NCBI RefSeq assembly: GCF_009914755.1
Contig: NC_060945.1
DNA from: the human T2T-CHM13v2.0 reference genome, Homo sapiens
Reading direction: 5' to 3' (one strand)
DNA: 64,000 bases
Shown: piece after piece, positions 59,501-64,000 of the stretch
Position numbering within the stretch: the stretch's first letter is position 1
How the letters are laid out: each line of letters starts with the position of its first letter
The notes under the pieces: generated by a model
The model's database searches: none
What the model was told of the DNA's origin: nothing
What the model saw: only the letters and a program-made list of their open reading frames with translations
Program-made: the position numbers and the translations under genes

Positions 59501-59856
59501 AATTCCACTGCACTCCAATCAACTCCACTCAACTCCACTCCACTAGATTCCTTTAAGTTCCATTCCATTCCTTTCCACTCCATTCCGTTCCATTCAACTC
59601 CATTCCATTCCATTCCACTGCATTCCACTACACTCTATTTCACTCCATTTCACTCCACTCCACTCCAATCCATTCCAATCCATTCCATTCCTTTCCATTC
59701 CTCTGCACTCTGATACACTCCACTCAACTCCATTCTACTCCCCTGTACTCCATTCTGTTCCACTCCTTTCCATTCCATTCCGTTCCATTCCATTCCATTC
59801 CACTCCATTGCATTCCACTCCTTACCACTCTAATCCACTCCACTCTTCTCCACTCC
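47561..59856 (-). repeat. Composite HSat3-like satellite: diverged (CATTC/CACTC)n with 24 embedded copies of a ~60-bp Alu 3'-end fragment
   Basis: Repeated cassette tttctttcgacaggatctcactctgtcacccaggctggagtgcagtggcacaatctcagctcac-atttcatttcacc starting near 47700, 47970, 48308, 48750, 49146, 49468, 49950, 50247, 50532, 50805, 51101, 51563, 51875, 52152, 52474, 53016, 53188, 53400, 54114, 54370, 55177, 56545, 58301, 59022. Confidence 0.95.
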
Positions 59857-62800
59857 ACTACCCAGAAGCATTCTGAGAAAGTTCTTTATGAGGTGTGCAG
59901 TCAATTCCCAGATTTGAACCTATCTCTTGAATGAGCAGTTTAGAATCTCTCTTTTTGCAGAATCTGCAAGTGTATATTTGGAACGTTTTGAGACCTAATG
60001 TGGGAAAGCAAACATCTACATCTAAAAACTACACAGAAGCATTGTGAAAAACTTTTTTGTTAGGTGTGCATTCAACTCACAGAGTCGAAAATATCTTCTG
60101 ATTGAGCTGTTTTGAATCACTCATTTTGCAGAATCTGCAAGTAGATATTAAAGACCTCTGAGGCCTTCTGTGGAAAAGGAAATATCTTCAGATAAAAACT
60201 ACACAGAAGCATTCTGAAAAACTTCTTTGTGATGTGTGCATTCAACTCAAAGGGTTGAACATATCTTTGGATTGAGCAGTTTTGAATCTCTCTTTTGGCA
60301 GAATCTGCAAGTGGATATTTGGAGACCTTTCAGGCCTACTGTGGAAAAGCAAATATCTTCAAATACAAACTACACAGAAGCATTCTGAGAAACTTCTCTG
60401 TGAGGTGTGCATTCAACGCACAGAGTCGAACCTATCTATTGATTGAGCAGTTTTCAATCTCTCTTTTTATAGAATCTGTAAGTGGATAGTCAGAGCGGTT
60501 TGAGGCCTATTGTGGAAAAGGATGTATCTTCAAATAAAAACTACACAGAAGCATTCTGAGAAACTTCTTTGTGATGTGTCCATTCAACTCACAGAGTTGA
60601 ACTTATCTCTTGATGGAGAAGTTTTGAATCTCTCTTTTTGTAGAATCTTCAAGTGGATATTTGGAGCCCTTTGTGGCCTATGGTGGAAAAGGAAATATCT
60701 TCAAATAAAAACTACACAGAAGCATTCTGAGAAACTTATTTGTGATGTGTGCATTCATCTCACAGGGTTGAACCTATCTTATGATTGAGCAGTTTTGATA
60801 CACTCTTTTTGTATAATGAGCAAATGGATATTTGGAGGGCTTTGAGGCCTACTGTGGAATCACAAATATCTTCACCTAAAAACTACACAAAATCATTCTG
60901 AGAAACTACTTTGTGATGTGTGCATTCAACTGACAGAGTCGAACCTCTCTTTTGATGGAGCAGTTTTGAATCTCTTTTTGCAGAATCTGCAAGTGGATTT
61001 TGGAGAGCTTTGAGGCCTATTGGGGAAAAGCAAATATCTTCATGTAAAAACTACACAGAAGCATTTTGAGAAACTTCTTTGTGATGTGTGCATTCAACTG
61101 ACAGAGTTGAACCTAGCTTTGATTAAACCGTTTTGAATCTCTTTTTTTGTAGAATCTGTGAGTGGATATTTGGAGCCCTTTGTGGCCTATGGTGGAAAAG
61201 GAAATATGTTCACATAAAAACTACACAGAAGCATTCTGAGAAACTTCGTTGTGATGTGTGCATTCATCTCACAGGGTGAACCTACCTTATGATTGAGCAG
61301 TTTTGAAACACACTTTTTGTGGAAATCAGCAAGTGGATATTTGGAGCACTTTGCGGCCAATTGTGGAAAATCAAATATGTTCACATAAAAACTACACAGA
61401 AGCATTCAGAGAAACGTCTTTGTGATGTGAGCATTCACCTCACAGAGTTGATTCTTTCTTTTGATGGAGCAGTTATGAAACACTGTTTTTGTAGAATCTG
61501 CAAGTGGATATTTGGAGCTATATCAGCCCTATTGTGGAAAAGGAAATATCTTCACATAAAAGCTACACAAAAGCATTCTGATAAACTTCTTTGTGATGTG
61601 TGCATTCAATTCACAGAGTTGAACCTATCTTTTGATTGAGCAGTATTGAATCTCCTTTTTTTTTGGAATCTGCAATTGGATATTTGGAGCCCTTTGCAGC
61701 CTATGGTGGAAAAGGAAATACCTTCAAATAAAAACTACACCGAAGCATTCTGAGAAACTTCTTTGTGATGTGTCCATTCATTTCACAGAGTTGATCCTTT
61801 CTTTTTATCCAGCAGTTTTGAAACACTCCTTTTATAGTATCTGCAAGTAGATATTTCGATCACTTTGAGGCCTACCACGGAAAAGCAAATATCTTCACAT
61901 AAAAACTACACAGAAACATTCTGAGAAACTTTTTTGTGATGTGCACATTCATGTCACAGAGTTGAACGTTTCTTTTGATGGAGCAGTTTTGAATCTCCTT
62001 TTTTTTATAATCTGCAATTGGATATTTGGATCCCTTTGCGGCCTATGGTGGAAAAGGAAATACCTTCAAATAAAAACTACACAGAAGCATTCTGAGAAAC
62101 TTCTTTGTGATGTGTGCATTCATTTCACAGAGTTAATCCTTTCTTTGTATTCAGCAGTTTTGAAACACTCCTTTTATAGAATCTGCAAGTAGATATTTGG
62201 AGTGCTTTGAGGCCTACTGTGCTAAAGCAAATATCTTCATCTAAAAACTACACAGAAGCATTCTGAGAAACTTCTTTGTGATGTATGCATTCATCTCATG
62301 GAATTGAACGTTTCTTTCGATTAGGCAGTTTTGAATCTCCCTTTTTGCAGAATCTGCAAGTGGATATTTAAGAGCTTTGAGGCCTATTGTGGAAAAGGAA
62401 ATATCTTCACATAAAAACTACACAGATGCATTCTGAGAAATTTCTTTTTGATGTGTGCATTCATCTCACAGGGTTGAACCTGTCTTATGATTGAAAGGTT
62501 TTGAAACACTGTTTTTGCAGAGCCTGCATGTGGAAATTTTGAGCGCTTTGAGGCCTATTGTGGAAAAGGAAATATGTTCACATAAAAGCTACACAGAAGC
62601 ATTCTGAAAAACGTCTTTGTGATGAGTGCATTCATCTCACAGAGTTGATCCTTTCTTTTTATTCAGCAGTTTTGAAACACTCCTTTTAGAGAATCTGCAA
62701 GTAGATATTTGGAGCGCGTTGAGGCCTACCATGGAAAAGCAAATATCTTCACATAAAAACTACACAGAAATATTCTGAGAAACTTTTTTGTGGTGTACAC

Positions 62801-64000
62801 ATTCATGTCACAGAGTTGAACCTTTCTTTTGATTGAGCAGTTTTGAAAGACTCTGTTTGTAGAATCTGCAAGTGGATATTTGTAGCGATTGAGGCCTGTT
62901 GTGGAAAAGGAAATATCTTCACATAAAAACTACAGAGAAGCATTCTGAGAAACTTCTTTGTGATGTGTGTATTCAACTCACAGAGTTGAACCTATCTGCT
63001 AATTGAGTAGTTTTGAATCTCTCTTTTTGCAGAATCTGAAAGTTGATATTTGGAGAGCTTTGAGGCCTATTGTGGAAAAGGAAATATCTTCACATAGAAA
63101 CTACACAGAAGCATTCTGAGAAACTTCGTTGTGAGGTGTATATTCAAAACACAGAGTCGAACCTATCTTTTGAATGAGCAGCTCTGAATCTCCCTTTATG
63201 CAGAATCTGCAAGTGGATATGTGGAGAGCTTTGAGGCCTATTGCTGAAAAGGAAATATCTTCAAATAAAAACTAAACAGAAGCATTCTGAGAAACTTCTT
63301 TGTGATGTGTGTATTCAAGTCACAGAGTTGAACCTATCTTTAGATTGAACAGTTGTGAATCTTTCTTTTTGTAGAATCTATGAGTGTATATTTGGGGCCC
63401 TTTGCAGCCTATGGTGGAAAAGGAAATATTTTCAAATAAAAACTACACAGAAGCAGTCTGAGAAACTTCGTCATGATGTGTGAATTCATCTCACGGAGTT
63501 GAATCCTTCTTTTGATTGATCAGTTTTGAAACACTCTTTTTGTAGCATCTGCAAGTGGATATTTGGAGCGCTTTGAGCCCTACCGTGGAAAAGCAAATAT
63601 CTTCAAATAAAAACTTCACAGAAGGATTCTGAGAAACTTCTTTGTTATGTGTGCATTCATCTCACAGAGATGAACCTTCCTTTTGATGGAACAGTTTTAA
63701 AACACTCTGTTTGTAGAATCTGCAAGTGAATATTTGGAGCGATTTGAGGCCTATTGTGGAAAAGGATATATCTTCACATAAAAGCTACACAGCAGCATTT
63801 TGAAAAACTTTTTTGTGATGTGTGCATTCAACTCAGAGAGTTGAACCTATCTTTTGATTGGACAGTTTTGAATCTCTCTTTTTGTGCAATCTGCAAGTGG
63901 ATATTTGGAGCCCTTTGTGGCTTATGGTGGAAAAGAAAATATCTTCAAATAAAAACTACACAGAAGCATTCTGAGAAACTTGATTGTGATGTGTGCATTC
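59857..64000 (+). repeat. Diverged monomeric alpha satellite, forward (actacacagaag type, ttttgaatctc / aaagcaaatatc subtype)
   Basis: 171-bp period from acta-cccagaagcattctgagaaa to the window end. Confidence 0.97.

Noticed and set aside
47506-59713. Long ORFs (up to 560 aa) of HSIPF/HSTPL or MEWNG/VEWSG repeats
   Set aside because: Automatic consequence of CATTC/CACTC pentamers lacking stop codons; open in several frames and on both strands; no gene structure.
47561-59856. HSat2 (HSATII) assignment
   Set aside because: The HSat2-typical CATTCGATTC / GATGATTC motifs are essentially absent; the variant here is CATTC/CACTC.

Overview
Great-ape (human-like) pericentromeric satellite DNA with no cellular protein-coding gene. 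About 40 kb is diverged alpha satellite (~171-bp monomers carrying the pJalpha/A-type box; no intact CENP-B box seen). It forms several sequence layers, runs forward at 141-24446, flips head-to-head at ~24447, runs reverse to ~47560 and is forward again from ~59857. Five retrotransposons interrupt it, all with recognisable target-site duplications: an older-type SVA carrying a ~200-bp 3' transduction of an ancient L1M fragment (3646-5616), two 5'-truncated L1PA elements (15710-16395, 19897-21272), a twin-primed 5'-inverted L1 (30063-32358) and a dead near-full-length L1PA2-like element (39142-44394). 47561-59856 is an HSat3-like (CATTC/CACTC)n block that is really a composite tandem repeat: 24 copies of the same ~60-bp Alu 3'-end fragment with a fixed linker, separated by variable pentamer tracts. 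The same satellite/alpha junction and the following monomers recur inverted at 1-~2370, showing an old inverted duplication that predates the L1 at 39142. The ORF track reflects only satellite/VNTR periodicity and L1 remnants. I see no new protein system; the interest is structural and evolutionary. Subfamily and layer names are by-eye assignments from recalled consensus sequences.
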